Shown: positions 21,729-31,209 of the stretch, piece after piece | Position numbering within the stretch: the stretch's first letter is position 1 | Layout of the letters: each line of letters starts with the position of its first letter | Source: Lysobacter sp. | GTDB taxonomy: Bacteria > Pseudomonadota > Gammaproteobacteria > Xanthomonadales > Xanthomonadaceae | Assembly: GCA_020852215.1 (NCBI GenBank) | Contig: JADZBF010000332.1 | Location: 1 to 41,733 of the forward strand | Reading direction: 5' to 3' | DNA: 41,733 nt | The notes under the pieces: model-generated | Seen by the model: only the letters and a program-made list of their open reading frames with translations | Told to the model about the DNA's origin: nothing | Databases searched by the model: none | Translations under genes and position numbers: made by a program

Positions 21729-23111
21729 ATGAACGTCAACGCCGATTCGCCGTCCGCCGGCACGCCGTCGCCGGATACGCCCGTCAAACGCATGCCGATG
21801 CATTGGAAGATCGCCATCGGTTTCGCCGCGGGGCAGGCGCTCGGTCTGTTGGCGTACTACACGGTTGGCCCGGATGCGGAGTGGGTGAAACGCATCGTCC
21901 AATACGTCACGACGCCGTTCTCCAAGATCTTCCTGAATTTGATCCTGATGCTGGTGATCCCGCTGCTGTTCTCCGCGTTGGTGGTGGGCGTCGGCGAGAT
22001 GGGCGACGTACGCGCGCTGGGCAGGATCGGTTGGCGTACGCTCGGCTATACCGTCGCGTTGTCGACGGTGGCGGTGGCGATCGGTTTGTTTCTGGTGAAT
22101 TGGCTGCAACCCGGCGTCGGCGTGGACAGCGCCGAAGCGTTGCGCTTGATGAGCGAGCAATCCGACAAAGCGCAATCCATCGTCCAGAGCGGCGCGACCC
22201 AGGCCAAAGGCATCGATATGCTGGTCGAGATCGTGCCCAGCAACATCGTCAAGGCGGCGGCGGACAACACCATTCTGGCGGTGATGTTCTTCGCGCTGAT
22301 GTTCGGCATCGGTCTGGGCATGGCCCGCAGCGAAGGCGCGCAGACGCTGCGCCGCGCGATCGAGGGCTTGTTCGAGGTATCCATGATCTTGATCGGTTTC
22401 GCGATCAAGCTCGCGCCGTACGCGGTGTTCTGTTTGATGTTCAATCTCGCCTTCGACGGCGGCATCGAGCCGATGAAGCGCTTGGCGCTGTACGTGGTGG
22501 TGGTGCTGCTGGCGTTGGCGATCCACTTGTTCGTGGTGTATTCGCTGGCGCTGCGCGTGGTCGCCGGTTGGTCGCCGATGAAATTCTTCTCGGCGGTGCA
22601 GGAGGCGATGCTGATGGCGTTCTCCACCGCGTCGAGCAACGCCACGCTGCCCACGTCGCTGCGAGTGGCCGACGAGCGCCTGCATCTGCCGCGCCGCATT
22701 TCGCGTTTCGTGTTGACCGTCGGCGCCACCGCCAATCAAAACGGCACCGCCTTGTTCGAAGGCGTGACCGTGCTGTTTTTGGCGCAGTATTTCGGTATCC
22801 CGTTGAGCCTGCCGGACCAGGCCGCGGTGATGGCGGTGTGCATCCTGGGCGGTATCGGCACCGCGGGCGTGCCCTCCGGCTCGCTGCCGGTGGTGGCGCT
22901 GATCTGCGCGATGGTGGGCGTGCCGGTCGAGGGCCTCGGTTTGATTCTGGGCGTCAATCATTTCCTCGATATGTGCCGCACGACGGTGAATGTCGTGGGC
23001 GATTTGGGGATCGCGGCGATGGTGGCCCGCGGCGAGCCCGACACCGAGGACGGGTCCGCCGACGCGCCCGCCGACGGCGATGGCGACGCTCCGGGGACCG
23101 CATCCGTCTGA
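21729..23111 (+). CDS. Dicarboxylate/amino acid:cation symporter (DAACS, GltP-like)
   Basis: AFSTASSNATLP, GATANQNGTAL, GTAGVPSGS, LDMCRTTVNVVGD. Confidence 0.95.
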   Translation: MNVNADSPSAGTPSPDTPVKRMPMHWKIAIGFAAGQALGLLAYYTVGPDAEWVKRIVQYVTTPFSKIFLNLILMLVIPLLFSALVVGVGEMGDVRALGRIGWRTLGYTVALSTVAVAIGLFLVNWLQPGVGVDSAEALRLMSEQSDKAQSIVQSGATQAKGIDMLVEIVPSNIVKAAADNTILAVMFFALMFGIGLGMARSEGAQTLRRAIEGLFEVSMILIGFAIKLAPYAVFCLMFNLAFDGGIEPMKRLALYVVVVLLALAIHLFVVYSLALRVVAGWSPMKFFSAVQEAMLMAFSTASSNATLPTSLRVADERLHLPRRISRFVLTVGATANQNGTALFEGVTVLFLAQYFGIPLSLPDQAAVMAVCILGGIGTAGVPSGSLPVVALICAMVGVPVEGLGLILGVNHFLDMCRTTVNVVGDLGIAAMVARGEPDTEDGSADAPADGDGDAPGTASV

Positions 23112-23244
23112 CCGCCGTCTCGAAACGTCCGAAACACGGTTGTATCGTCGTGGGCCTGCCGCTAGTCTGGCGTTCGGACTCGATGCGGCTGCCGACAGGC
23201 GCCATCGGCCACCCCTACGAACCAGGATGAATGAGGATTTCGCG

Positions 23245-23712
23245 ATGAAAATATTAGGAAGCGTGCTGATCGCCGCCGTCTGCATGGCCGCCGGCCCGGC
23301 GCTCGCCGGTAAGAAGGAAGAAGCTCCGCCGCCGGCCGCCGGCAGTTGCGCCGCGAACTTCAAACAGGAAGGCAATTACATCGCCGGCCGTCGCTTCAGC
23401 ACCTGGGAAGTCGTGTCCGGCGTCAGCCCGTCGGCCGCGTACAAGCGCATTTACATGGAAGGCGTGAAGTCCGGTCTGAAAGTGACCAGCAGCGACGAAA
23501 AGATGGGCATCATTCAGTTCGAACAGGCCAATGCCGGCAAGTCGTTCACCAGCGACCAGATCGTGAGTCTGCCCACGAGCGTCACCATCGAAGCCGAGGG
23601 CAAAGGCTCGAAGATCTCGGTCACCAAGACCACGCCGCCCGCGTATGCGGCCGGCAAGGACGCGCAGATCAAGTCCATGTGCATGATGGTGGACGCCGCG
23701 CGCAGCAAATAA
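23245..23712 (+). CDS. Secreted hypothetical protein
   Basis: RBS gagga; signal peptide MKILGSVLIAAVCMAAGPALA; two Cys in the mature part; strong host-like codon bias. Confidence 0.8.
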   Translation: MKILGSVLIAAVCMAAGPALAGKKEEAPPPAAGSCAANFKQEGNYIAGRRFSTWEVVSGVSPSAAYKRIYMEGVKSGLKVTSSDEKMGIIQFEQANAGKSFTSDQIVSLPTSVTIEAEGKGSKISVTKTTPPAYAAGKDAQIKSMCMMVDAARSK

Positions 23713-23746
23713 GCCACCGCGCCCGGATGGGCGCAGTCGCTCACCC

Positions 23747-23780
23747 CACGGCCCGCGTCTCGACGCGGGCCGTGTCGTTT
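23747..23780 (+). terminator. Probable terminator hairpin
   Basis: cacggcccgcgtc-tc-gacgcgggccgtg followed by tcgttt. Confidence 0.65.
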
Positions 23781-23985
23781 CCGGCTGTCCGCGGCGGCGC
23801 GCTCGATCCATGGCGGGGCATCGCGAGGCGGCCATTCGCGCCCCGGGCCGGGGGCGGCCCGGGCTCGCGGCGCGATCGGTGTGCATAAGGCCGCCCGGGG
23901 ATGGGACAATAGGCGGCCTCCGCGCCGTCGGGGGTCGATGTTTGTTCGGACGCTCCGCCGCCCCCTTCCTGGATCCACGATTCTC

Positions 23986-25977
23986 ATGACGACGCCCAGC
24001 CGCCGCGATCTCGCCAATGCCGTTCGCTTTCTCGCCATCGACGCGGTGCAGGCCGCCAATTCCGGCCACCCGGGCATGCCGATGGGCATGGCCGACATCG
24101 CCGAAGTGCTCTGGAACGACTATCTGCAGCACAACCCGACCAACCCGCATTGGTCCAACCGCGACCGTTTCGTACTCTCCAACGGCCACGGCTCGATGTT
24201 GCAGTACGCGCTGCTGCACCTCAGCGGCTACGACCTGCCGATCGAAGAACTGAAGAAATTCCGGCAATTGGGCTCGAAGACGCCCGGCCACCCCGAAAAT
24301 CACCTCACGCCGGGCGTCGAAACCACGACCGGCCCGTTGGGCCAAGGGCTCGCGAACGCGGTCGGTTTCGCGCTCGCCGAAAAATTGCTGGCGCAGCGCT
24401 TCAATCGTGTCGATCACACCCTCGTCGATCATCGCACTTGGGTCTTTCTCGGCGACGGTTGCTTGATGGAAGGCATCTCGCACGAAGCGGCGTCGTTGGC
24501 CGGCACCTGGCGGCTCAACAAATTGATCGCGCTGTGGGACGACAACAATATTTCGATCGACGGCCAAGTGCAGGGCTGGTTCACCGACGACACGCCCGCG
24601 CGCTTCGAAGCCTACGGCTGGCAGGTGATCCGCAACGTCGACGGCCACGACCCCGACGAAATCAAAACCGCGATCGACACCGCATTGCAGTCGAAAGACC
24701 GGCCGGTGTTGATCTGCTGCCGCACCACCATCGGGTTCGGCTCGCCCGCGAAAGCCGGCAAGGAGTCCTCGCACGGCTCACCGCTGGGCAAGGACGAAGT
24801 GACGGTCACGCGCGCCGCGCTGGGTTGGGCGCACGACGCCTTCGAGATTCCGCAACCGTTGCGCGAGCGTTGGTCGGCGAAAGACGCCGGGCAGGCGCGC
24901 GAAGACCGCTGGAATCTGGTCTTCGAGCGCTATGCGGCGCATTACCCGGAATTGGCCGACGAATTCCTCCGTCGCATGCACGGCCAGTTGCCCGAGGGCT
25001 TCGCCGCCGCGGCCGATGCCTACATCGCGAAGCTGCAGGCCGATGGTCCGGTCGTCGCTTCGCGCAAAGCCTCGCAGATGGCGATCGAAACCTTCGCGCC
25101 GCTGCTGCCGGAACTGGTCGGCGGTTCGGCCGATTTGGCGCATTCGAATCTGACATTGTGGTCCGGCAGCAAATCGGTCGCGAGCGACGACCCCAACGCC
25201 AATTACGTTTACTACGGCGTGCGCGAATTCGCGATGAGCGCCATCGGCAATGGTCTGGCGCTGCACGGCGGCTTCCTGCCCTACGACGCCACCTTCCTGG
25301 TGTTCAGCGATTACGCGCGCAATGCGGTGCGCATGAGCGCGCTGATGGAAGCGCAGGTGGTGCACGTCTACACCCACGACTCGATCGGTCTGGGCGAAGA
25401 CGGCCCGACCCATCAACCGATCGAGCATCTCGCGTCGCTGCGCTACATTCCGAACAACGACGTGTGGCGCCCCTGCGACGCGGTCGAATCGGCGGTGGCG
25501 TGGCGCGCGGCGATCGAACGTCGCGACGGTCCCTCGTGTCTGGTGTTCTCGCGCCAGAATCTGCCGCATCAAGCCCGCGATGCGACGCAGGTCGCCGACA
25601 TCCGCCGCGGCGGCTACGTGCTGAAAGACAGCGTCGGCGCGCCGACGGTCATCCTGATCGCCACCGGCTCCGAAGTCGGGCTGGCGATGGACGCCGCCGC
25701 GCGAATCGGCGATGGCGCCCGCGTGGTCTCGATGCCGTCGACCGATGTGTTCGATCGCCAAGACCCCGCGTATCGCGAATCGGTGCTGCCGAACGCCTGC
25801 CGCAAGCGCATCGCCGTCGAAGCGGGCGTGCGCGATTTCTGGCGCAAATACGTCGGTCTCGACGGCGCGGTGATCGGCATGAACAGCTACGGCGCCTCCG
25901 CGCCGGCCGAACAGCTCTACGCGCATTTCGGCATTACCGTCGATGCGGTGGTGGAGGCGGCGAAGGCGTTCGGCTGA
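23986..25977 (+). CDS. tkt: Transketolase
   Basis: [55 protein letters not shown]. Confidence 0.98.
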   Translation: MTTPSRRDLANAVRFLAIDAVQAANSGHPGMPMGMADIAEVLWNDYLQHNPTNPHWSNRDRFVLSNGHGSMLQYALLHLSGYDLPIEELKKFRQLGSKTPGHPENHLTPGVETTTGPLGQGLANAVGFALAEKLLAQRFNRVDHTLVDHRTWVFLGDGCLMEGISHEAASLAGTWRLNKLIALWDDNNISIDGQVQGWFTDDTPARFEAYGWQVIRNVDGHDPDEIKTAIDTALQSKDRPVLICCRTTIGFGSPAKAGKESSHGSPLGKDEVTVTRAALGWAHDAFEIPQPLRERWSAKDAGQAREDRWNLVFERYAAHYPELADEFLRRMHGQLPEGFAAAADAYIAKLQADGPVVASRKASQMAIETFAPLLPELVGGSADLAHSNLTLWSGSKSVASDDPNANYVYYGVREFAMSAIGNGLALHGGFLPYDATFLVFSDYARNAVRMSALMEAQVVHVYTHDSIGLGEDGPTHQPIEHLASLRYIPNNDVWRPCDAVESAVAWRAAIERRDGPSCLVFSRQNLPHQARDATQVADIRRGGYVLKDSVGAPTVILIATGSEVGLAMDAAARIGDGARVVSMPSTDVFDRQDPAYRESVLPNACRKRIAVEAGVRDFWRKYVGLDGAVIGMNSYGASAPAEQLYAHFGITVDAVVEAAKAFG

Positions 25978-26015
25978 GCCGAGCATCGCGTCGTTGCGAC
26001 GATGGGAGATCGACG

Positions 26016-26591
26016 ATGAGCGAAGTGCGTATCCAGCCCGCATACAGCGCCGAAATCGACGGCCGCCGGCTCGCGGTGTACGACGGTTTGTTGCCGAACG
26101 ACGAGTTGCTGAAGCTCTGGTCGGTCCTCAATCGTGCCGGGTTCACGCGTAGCGAGATCGCGCGCCCGGACACCGCCGAACATCGGCACTGGGCGAGCGA
26201 GATTCCGGTGACGTCGTTGCCCTCGATGCCGTTTCTGGCGCCGTCGATGGCGGCGGTGCGCGCATACGACCCGGAGCGAACCTATCGGCCGTATCGCAGT
26301 TACGTCAACGTCGCGCATTTCGGCGACATGCTGTTCACGCACACCGACTGTCTGCCCGACGCGGGCGAGTTGACCGCGCTGTGGTACGTCTGCGATCGCT
26401 GGGATCACGAATGGGGCGGGGAGACGGTGTTCTTCGACGCCCAACACGACATCCGCGCGGCGGTGATTCCAAAGCCCGGACGCTTGGCGATCTTCGACGG
26501 CGCCTTGCTGCACGCCGGTCGCCCACCGAACCGCATCTGCTTCGCGCCGCGGTTCACGCTGGCGATCAAGTTGGAACGCGTTGGCGGCTGA
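26016..26591 (+). CDS. 2OG-Fe(II) oxygenase (prolyl-hydroxylase-like)
   Basis: HTD iron motif, WGGETVFF, PKPGRLAIFDG..LH, RFTLAIK; RBS gggag. Confidence 0.88.
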   Translation: MSEVRIQPAYSAEIDGRRLAVYDGLLPNDELLKLWSVLNRAGFTRSEIARPDTAEHRHWASEIPVTSLPSMPFLAPSMAAVRAYDPERTYRPYRSYVNVAHFGDMLFTHTDCLPDAGELTALWYVCDRWDHEWGGETVFFDAQHDIRAAVIPKPGRLAIFDGALLHAGRPPNRICFAPRFTLAIKLERVGG

Positions 26592-26622
26592 CCTCGCAAG
26601 GATGCGTCGCGATCTTCCCTCG

Positions 26623-28779
26623 ATGCGAACGACAGGCATTCGACGCGGCGTCGTGGCGTTCGTCTGCGCCGTGTGGATGGGCTTGTGCGCCGCGCCGGAT
26701 GCGCGCGCCGATATACCGTCGTGCGCGCGCTACGACGCGACGCGTGCCGCAGGACCCGACGCAGCGCTGCCGAATGTCGCCATCTGCTTACGGCGCGCCG
26801 GTATCGCGACGACCGATGCGAAACCCGTCGATGGCTTGTTCTCGCATGCCGAGCGCGACATCACCGCCGGGCGCTTCGATGAGGCCGAACGCGCATTGCA
26901 CTGCGCCGATGTCGTGCTCGGCGACACCGAAAACGCGCTGGCGCGCTATCAGTGGGTGCGCCTCCGCGGCATTTTGGACTATCGGCGCGAGCGCATCCCC
27001 GAAGCTCTGAGCCGTTTCGAATGCGCGTTGGCGCTGGCGACCGCGCGCGAGGATCGCGCGGCGCGCGCGAAGGATCTCAAGAACGTCGGCAGCGCGCTGC
27101 GTCGCCTGGGCGATTTCCGCGGTGCCTTGCTGCATTTGACCGAGAGTTTGGACATCCAGCGCGCGGACGGCGCTCCTCTCGGCTCGGTCCTGAACAATAT
27201 CGGCGATGTGTACCGCGAACTGGGCGAACCGGAAATCGCCGAGCGCTATTACCGCGATGCCATCGACGACTTCCAACGGCATCGCAATCCGGTCCAGTCC
27301 GCGCATGTCCTGGAAACCTTGAGCGGGCTGGCCCTCGATCGCGGCGATATCGTTGAAGCGACCCGGTCGCTGGAGACGGCGCTCGCGGTTGGCCGCAAAG
27401 CCGGAGACAAGGCGTATCGATTGCGGATCTATGCGGTGTTGATCCGACTCGCGCTGGCCGAAAGCGACTTGGCCAAGGCGGAGCGCAGGCGTTCCGCGGC
27501 GTTGGCGATGGCGGACGAATACGATTTGCCGCTTCCGGCGCCGCTGCAATTGGAAGCGGCGCGCGTGGATCGGTTCGCCGGTCGTTTCGCCGCTGCGCGC
27601 GTGCGGCTTCGCACCGCGATCGCGACAGTGCCGGAGGGCGATGTCGATCGCCCGGCGTTGTTGCGCGAGCTGGCCGCCGTTTTGGAAAGCGAAGGCGACG
27701 CCGTCGCGGCGATCGAGACCCTGCGACGTGCGCACGATGCCGAGTCGCGCATCGAACGCGCGAAGTACGACCGGCAACTGGCCTGGGCGCGGACGCGCTT
27801 CGAGGCGGTCGAACGCGAACATCGCATCGCGGCGTTGGAAGTCGAAAACCGGCTGCGCCGCGCCGAATTGCGGCAGCGTACGTTGTTGTTGTGGTCCATC
27901 GTCGCTTCGGTGTTGGCGCTGTCGGGCGGAGGCGCGATCTGGCTGTTGCGGCGGCGTCACCGCGCACGACTGGCCGAAACCGCGCGGCAAGCGCGCTACG
28001 AGGAAGAACTCACGCGCTACCGACAGCAGGCCGCGGCCTTGGACGTGGATCGCCGACTATTGAAAGCCTTGTTCGACGATCGCGACGACGCGGTCTGCGT
28101 GGTCGATGCCGAGGGCGTGGTATTGACGATCAATCGCGCGGCCTGCGAGGCGCTCGCGGTGGCTGAAGAAGCGGCGGTGGGCGGCCCGTTCGCCGAATGC
28201 CTGCGCGCCGACCAACGCGAGGCGTTCCACGACACATTGGAGCGGATGGAAGACGCGGCCGCATCGCCGTTGGCCGCGAATCGCGTGTCGGACGACGCCG
28301 CGTTGCGCATGACGCTGTCCGAGTGGGCGCGCGACGGCGGTTTGATTCTGCTCGAGATCGCACCGGGGTCGTCCGAGTTCGACGAAACCGCATCGATCGA
28401 TCCGAGCGAACCGAGCGAGCCGAGCGAGCCGACCGAACGCGCTGAAGATTCGTCGCAGCACGACTTCCGCCGCGCCTTGGTGGAATTGATGTTGGCGGTC
28501 GTCGACGCTTGGGAGCGCCACAGCGGCTCGGGGCGCTTGGAATTGGCGGAAAAAAGTCGAATCTGGCGGGTCACGATCGACGATGGCCGCCTGCGCGCGC
28601 GCGCGATGGAGCGTTATCTCAGCTTGTCGAAGTTGCCGAAGAATCCGCGTTGGCGCGATGTCTTGCGCTCGGCGTATTTCGTGCTCGGTCAAGGCGGCGT
28701 GGATGCGGCGGCGCGCACGGTCTTGCAGGACAAGATCGATGCGGTCCTGGCGTTTACCCGGCGCAGCGCGTTGGCGTGA
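26623..28779 (+). CDS. Signal peptide-TPR-TM-coiled coil-PAS protein with conserved C-terminal domain (paralog 1)
   Basis: Signal peptide ...AAPDARA; TPRs (LKNVGSALRRLGD, VLNNIGDVYRELG); TM LLLWSIVASVLALSGGGAIWLL; PAS-like DAVCVVDAEGVVLTINRAA; start could also be 26602. Confidence 0.85.
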   Translation: MRTTGIRRGVVAFVCAVWMGLCAAPDARADIPSCARYDATRAAGPDAALPNVAICLRRAGIATTDAKPVDGLFSHAERDITAGRFDEAERALHCADVVLGDTENALARYQWVRLRGILDYRRERIPEALSRFECALALATAREDRAARAKDLKNVGSALRRLGDFRGALLHLTESLDIQRADGAPLGSVLNNIGDVYRELGEPEIAERYYRDAIDDFQRHRNPVQSAHVLETLSGLALDRGDIVEATRSLETALAVGRKAGDKAYRLRIYAVLIRLALAESDLAKAERRRSAALAMADEYDLPLPAPLQLEAARVDRFAGRFAAARVRLRTAIATVPEGDVDRPALLRELAAVLESEGDAVAAIETLRRAHDAESRIERAKYDRQLAWARTRFEAVEREHRIAALEVENRLRRAELRQRTLLLWSIVASVLALSGGGAIWLLRRRHRARLAETARQARYEEELTRYRQQAAALDVDRRLLKALFDDRDDAVCVVDAEGVVLTINRAACEALAVAEEAAVGGPFAECLRADQREAFHDTLERMEDAAASPLAANRVSDDAALRMTLSEWARDGGLILLEIAPGSSEFDETASIDPSEPSEPSEPTERAEDSSQHDFRRALVELMLAVVDAWERHSGSGRLELAEKSRIWRVTIDDGRLRARAMERYLSLSKLPKNPRWRDVLRSAYFVLGQGGVDAAARTVLQDKIDAVLAFTRRSALA

Positions 28780-28805
28780 TCTGGTCTGGTCTTGGTCGAT
28801 GCGCT

Positions 28806-29006
28806 CTAGCAGGTTGTTGAAAAACGATCATCCCGATCGTTTTGACTCGCCGCATCCTTGCGGCTCGCCGCTTCGCGGCCGGCGTTGCGGCAACTATTAC
28901 TCTTGGTGCCGGCTCCTGCCGGCACAGTCAAGTCGCGAGTTCGGACATGCGCCGAACTCGCGACTTGAAAAACGCGCATGAAGCGCGTTTTTCAACAACC
29001 TGCTAG
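28806..29006. mobile_element. MITE-like element with 21-bp perfect terminal inverted repeats ending in CTAG
   Basis: ctagcaggttgttgaaaaacg ... cgtttttcaacaacctgctag; several internal hairpins; no transposase. Confidence 0.8.
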
Positions 29007-29563
29007 TGATCCGCGTCGGGCGGTAGGGTCGGCGGTATCGACGGTGTCGTGGGCGAGCCGATGGGCACGCACACCACGCACGCGCCGCGAAGCGGGCCTG
29101 TATCGAAACCATAGCGTTGGTGATGTTCCCGATCGTTGAATTCCGCCGGGCTATGCACGAACGGCACCGATTCCGCGGGTTGCGCGGTACGCAGCGCCGA
29201 CGAGTTCTTCGATGCCTGACCCTCGGGTTCCGGGGCGCTTTGCGGGGCCGCACAGAATGCCTGGGCCATTTGGTCTGCCCAAAACCAATCGTCGACGATG
29301 CCGCAACTGCGCTCGTCGGTGCACTGCACGTCCTCGGGCGGATTGTCGAGAATGGGGTGCGCCGCCCGGTACGTCGAGAGCGCCTTGGGCGTGAACACGA
29401 ACTCCGCGACGACCGAGGGTGCCGTATTGGGGTCCATGCACCATTGGGCGGGGAGGCTGTCGTGCGCGAACGCGGGCGCGACGAGCGCCGAGCCGAGGAG
29501 TATCGAACTCAAGCCGCATGCGAGCGGGGAGGCGAATCTGCGGAGCGAAGCGTGGTGCGGCAT
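29003..29563 (-). CDS. Secreted Cys-rich 'CGIVD(D/E)W' protein (paralog 1)
   Basis: Signal peptide ending APAFA; motifs shared with 34250-34906; Pro-rich tail. Confidence 0.82.
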   Translation of the reverse strand: MPHHASLRRFASPLACGLSSILLGSALVAPAFAHDSLPAQWCMDPNTAPSVVAEFVFTPKALSTYRAAHPILDNPPEDVQCTDERSCGIVDDWFWADQMAQAFCAAPQSAPEPEGQASKNSSALRTAQPAESVPFVHSPAEFNDREHHQRYGFDTGPLRGACVVCVPIGSPTTPSIPPTLPPDADH

Positions 29564-29590
29564 GGTCGTTCGGATCTGTCGGGTGTGATC

Positions 29591-29673
29591 GCCAGTGTAG
29601 AGGCCGCGCGTTGTCGAGAGCCATTCTTTTTACGGGTACAAAACGGGTCGCGGATGCGCGCAACCGATTGATT
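29591..29673 (-). promoter_or_regulatory. Putative promoter of 29003-29563: -10 TACACT, CCCG-N7-CCCG repeat, IHF-like site
   Basis: Plus-strand gccagtgtag 29591-29600, cggg 29633-36 and 29644-47, caaccgattgatt 29661-73; mirrored at 34934-35015. Confidence 0.6.
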
Positions 29674-30319
29674 TTCGGTGACCTGCGGCGCCGAACCGAA
29701 ACAGCCGCGCGCGAGAGGCGGATCGCCGATAGACAGGGCGCCGATCCGTGGATGTGGAGATCGCCCCATTTCGTTCCCGTCGCGTCCCTGTTTCGCACTG
29801 TTCCGTGCGGCCGGCGCTCTTTAAGGTCATGGGGTCCAGCAGGTTTTGAAACAGGTTCGCCGACGAGCCCGCCGCGTCGAGGCGGACGGCGCCTCTCGAC
29901 CGTCCGTTGCGGCGGACGAACGCGTTTGCGCTCCGACGCAGGCGCTACCCAGCAAGGGCCCAGGGACGGGCCAACTTTACCGGGCATTTTTCTCTGCGCG
30001 TGACGGCCGTAGGCGACGCGGCCCCGCCACCGCGCCACCGCGCGTCGAATCGTGGTCGGCGATCGGGCCCTCGATCCCCGCCCGGATCGCCTTCCGCCGT
30101 CCTCGTTCAGTTTCGCGACGAAGGCCTTGCCCGAACCGATGAACATTTTTGCCGGACGGGCGTCGTCTCGAATCCAGCCGGGCACCGGGGATATCGGCCC
30201 AACCCTCGATCGGTGGTAGATCGGGCCGTGATTTTCTCGAAGTGAGGTACGATAGCGGCGAATAAAAAAGCGGCGAGTTTTCATCGCTCGCCCCTATCGA
30301 CAGGCTTGCGAGGTCGCGT

Positions 30320-30973
30320 GTGGCTGATTTGAAGGAATTGCAAGAAACGCTACGGTCGGCGATTGCGGATGGCGGTCAACACAAAGTCTTCTTCTACGCC
30401 GCGAAAGACAAAGGCGCGGGCCTTCGGCACGGCTTTATCGCGGTGATCGACGGCAAAAGTTGCCAAATCAACTTCGAGCAACTCGATAACGAGCGCGCGC
30501 TCAATGAGATCGCGCGCCTCAAGTTCATCAAGGTCCAGAACCTGCCGATGCTCGATCAGAATCCGGCGGTCGGCAGCAATCCGTTGCTCAACGCGGCCTT
30601 CGTCTTGAAGCGCATCGACCCGGATCAGCCGCCGGCCGGCGACGCCGGCTCGGTCGACAGCGGCTCGGCCGACGCCGGCTCGGCCTATGCCGGTAGCGGC
30701 CGCGGCAACCCGGTTGCGGATGCGATCGCTGCATTGGCGCCTCCCGCGAACGTGATGCTTTCGCACATGCGGTTGAAGGAAGCGGCGACCGCGCTGCTCG
30801 AAACCTATTACGGCCATTCCGCGCCGCAAAAAGTCGCCGAGGCGGAAGCCAAATTTCCTCCCGAGACGCGTCCGGTGGAATTCCTGAACGCTTGTCGGCA
30901 GTCCGCGGCCGTCTTGGTCGGGATGCCGAAGGCCACCGAAGTTTTCAAAGGGTTGTACGACACCTTAGGCTAA
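30320..30973 (+). CDS. Hypothetical cytoplasmic protein (N-terminus possibly DUF4388/PatA-N-like, low-complexity linker, helical C-terminus)
   Basis: 217-aa ORF with host-like codons, RBS gagg, GTG start; GFIAVIDGK...RALNEIARL; DAGS-type repeats in the linker. Confidence 0.7.
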   Translation: MADLKELQETLRSAIADGGQHKVFFYAAKDKGAGLRHGFIAVIDGKSCQINFEQLDNERALNEIARLKFIKVQNLPMLDQNPAVGSNPLLNAAFVLKRIDPDQPPAGDAGSVDSGSADAGSAYAGSGRGNPVADAIAALAPPANVMLSHMRLKEAATALLETYYGHSAPQKVAEAEAKFPPETRPVEFLNACRQSAAVLVGMPKATEVFKGLYDTLG

Positions 30974-31129
30974 CCGGCTGTTGAAAATCAGCCTGCTGAC
31001 GCAGCCATGGACGGTTGCGACGACGAAGCGAGCGCGTAGGCGTTCGATTCGTCGGGAGCGAGTCCGGACATGTGCCGGGCTCGCGACACGAAAAACGATC
31101 TGGATGATCGTTTTTCAACAACGTGCTGG
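30970..31129. mobile_element. Degenerate second MITE-like element related to 28806-29006
   Basis: Ends ctaaccggctgttgaaaat / gtttttcaacaacgtgctgg; shares gcgagt.cggacatg.gccg..ctcgcgac and aaaacgatc...gatcgtttt hairpins. Confidence 0.7.
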
Positions 31130-31209
31130 AGCGCCATCGCGCGAGGCTGCGGCAGGTCCGCGGGCGCCGATCGGCGCATCGTTCATTTGTTCGTGAAGGG
31201 GGAAAGCTG

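Noticed and set aside
20589-23375. Long antisense ORFs (for example 20589-23375, 12039-14186, 17815-19938, 3600-5378, 40753-41733)
   Set aside because: Shadow ORFs opposite well-supported genes, expected in high-GC DNA, with Arg/Ala-rich composition and no motifs
24150-26015. 813-aa ORF 24150-26591
   Set aside because: Off-frame read-through over tkt; only the last 191 aa (from 26016, with RBS) form a real 2OG oxygenase
28401-28437. 9-bp PSE repeats in receptor paralog 1 (and the 15-bp DAGS repeats near 30640-30695)
   Set aside because: Short in-frame linker expansions with no evidence of a separate function
29600-29625. TGGC as a sigma54 -24 element in the module promoters
   Set aside because: No GC at the required GG-N10-GC spacing in either copy
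29151-30284. 377-aa minus-strand ORF across the intergenic region
   Set aside because: Low-complexity Arg/Pro-rich translation with no motifs that overlaps the real secreted gene in another frame
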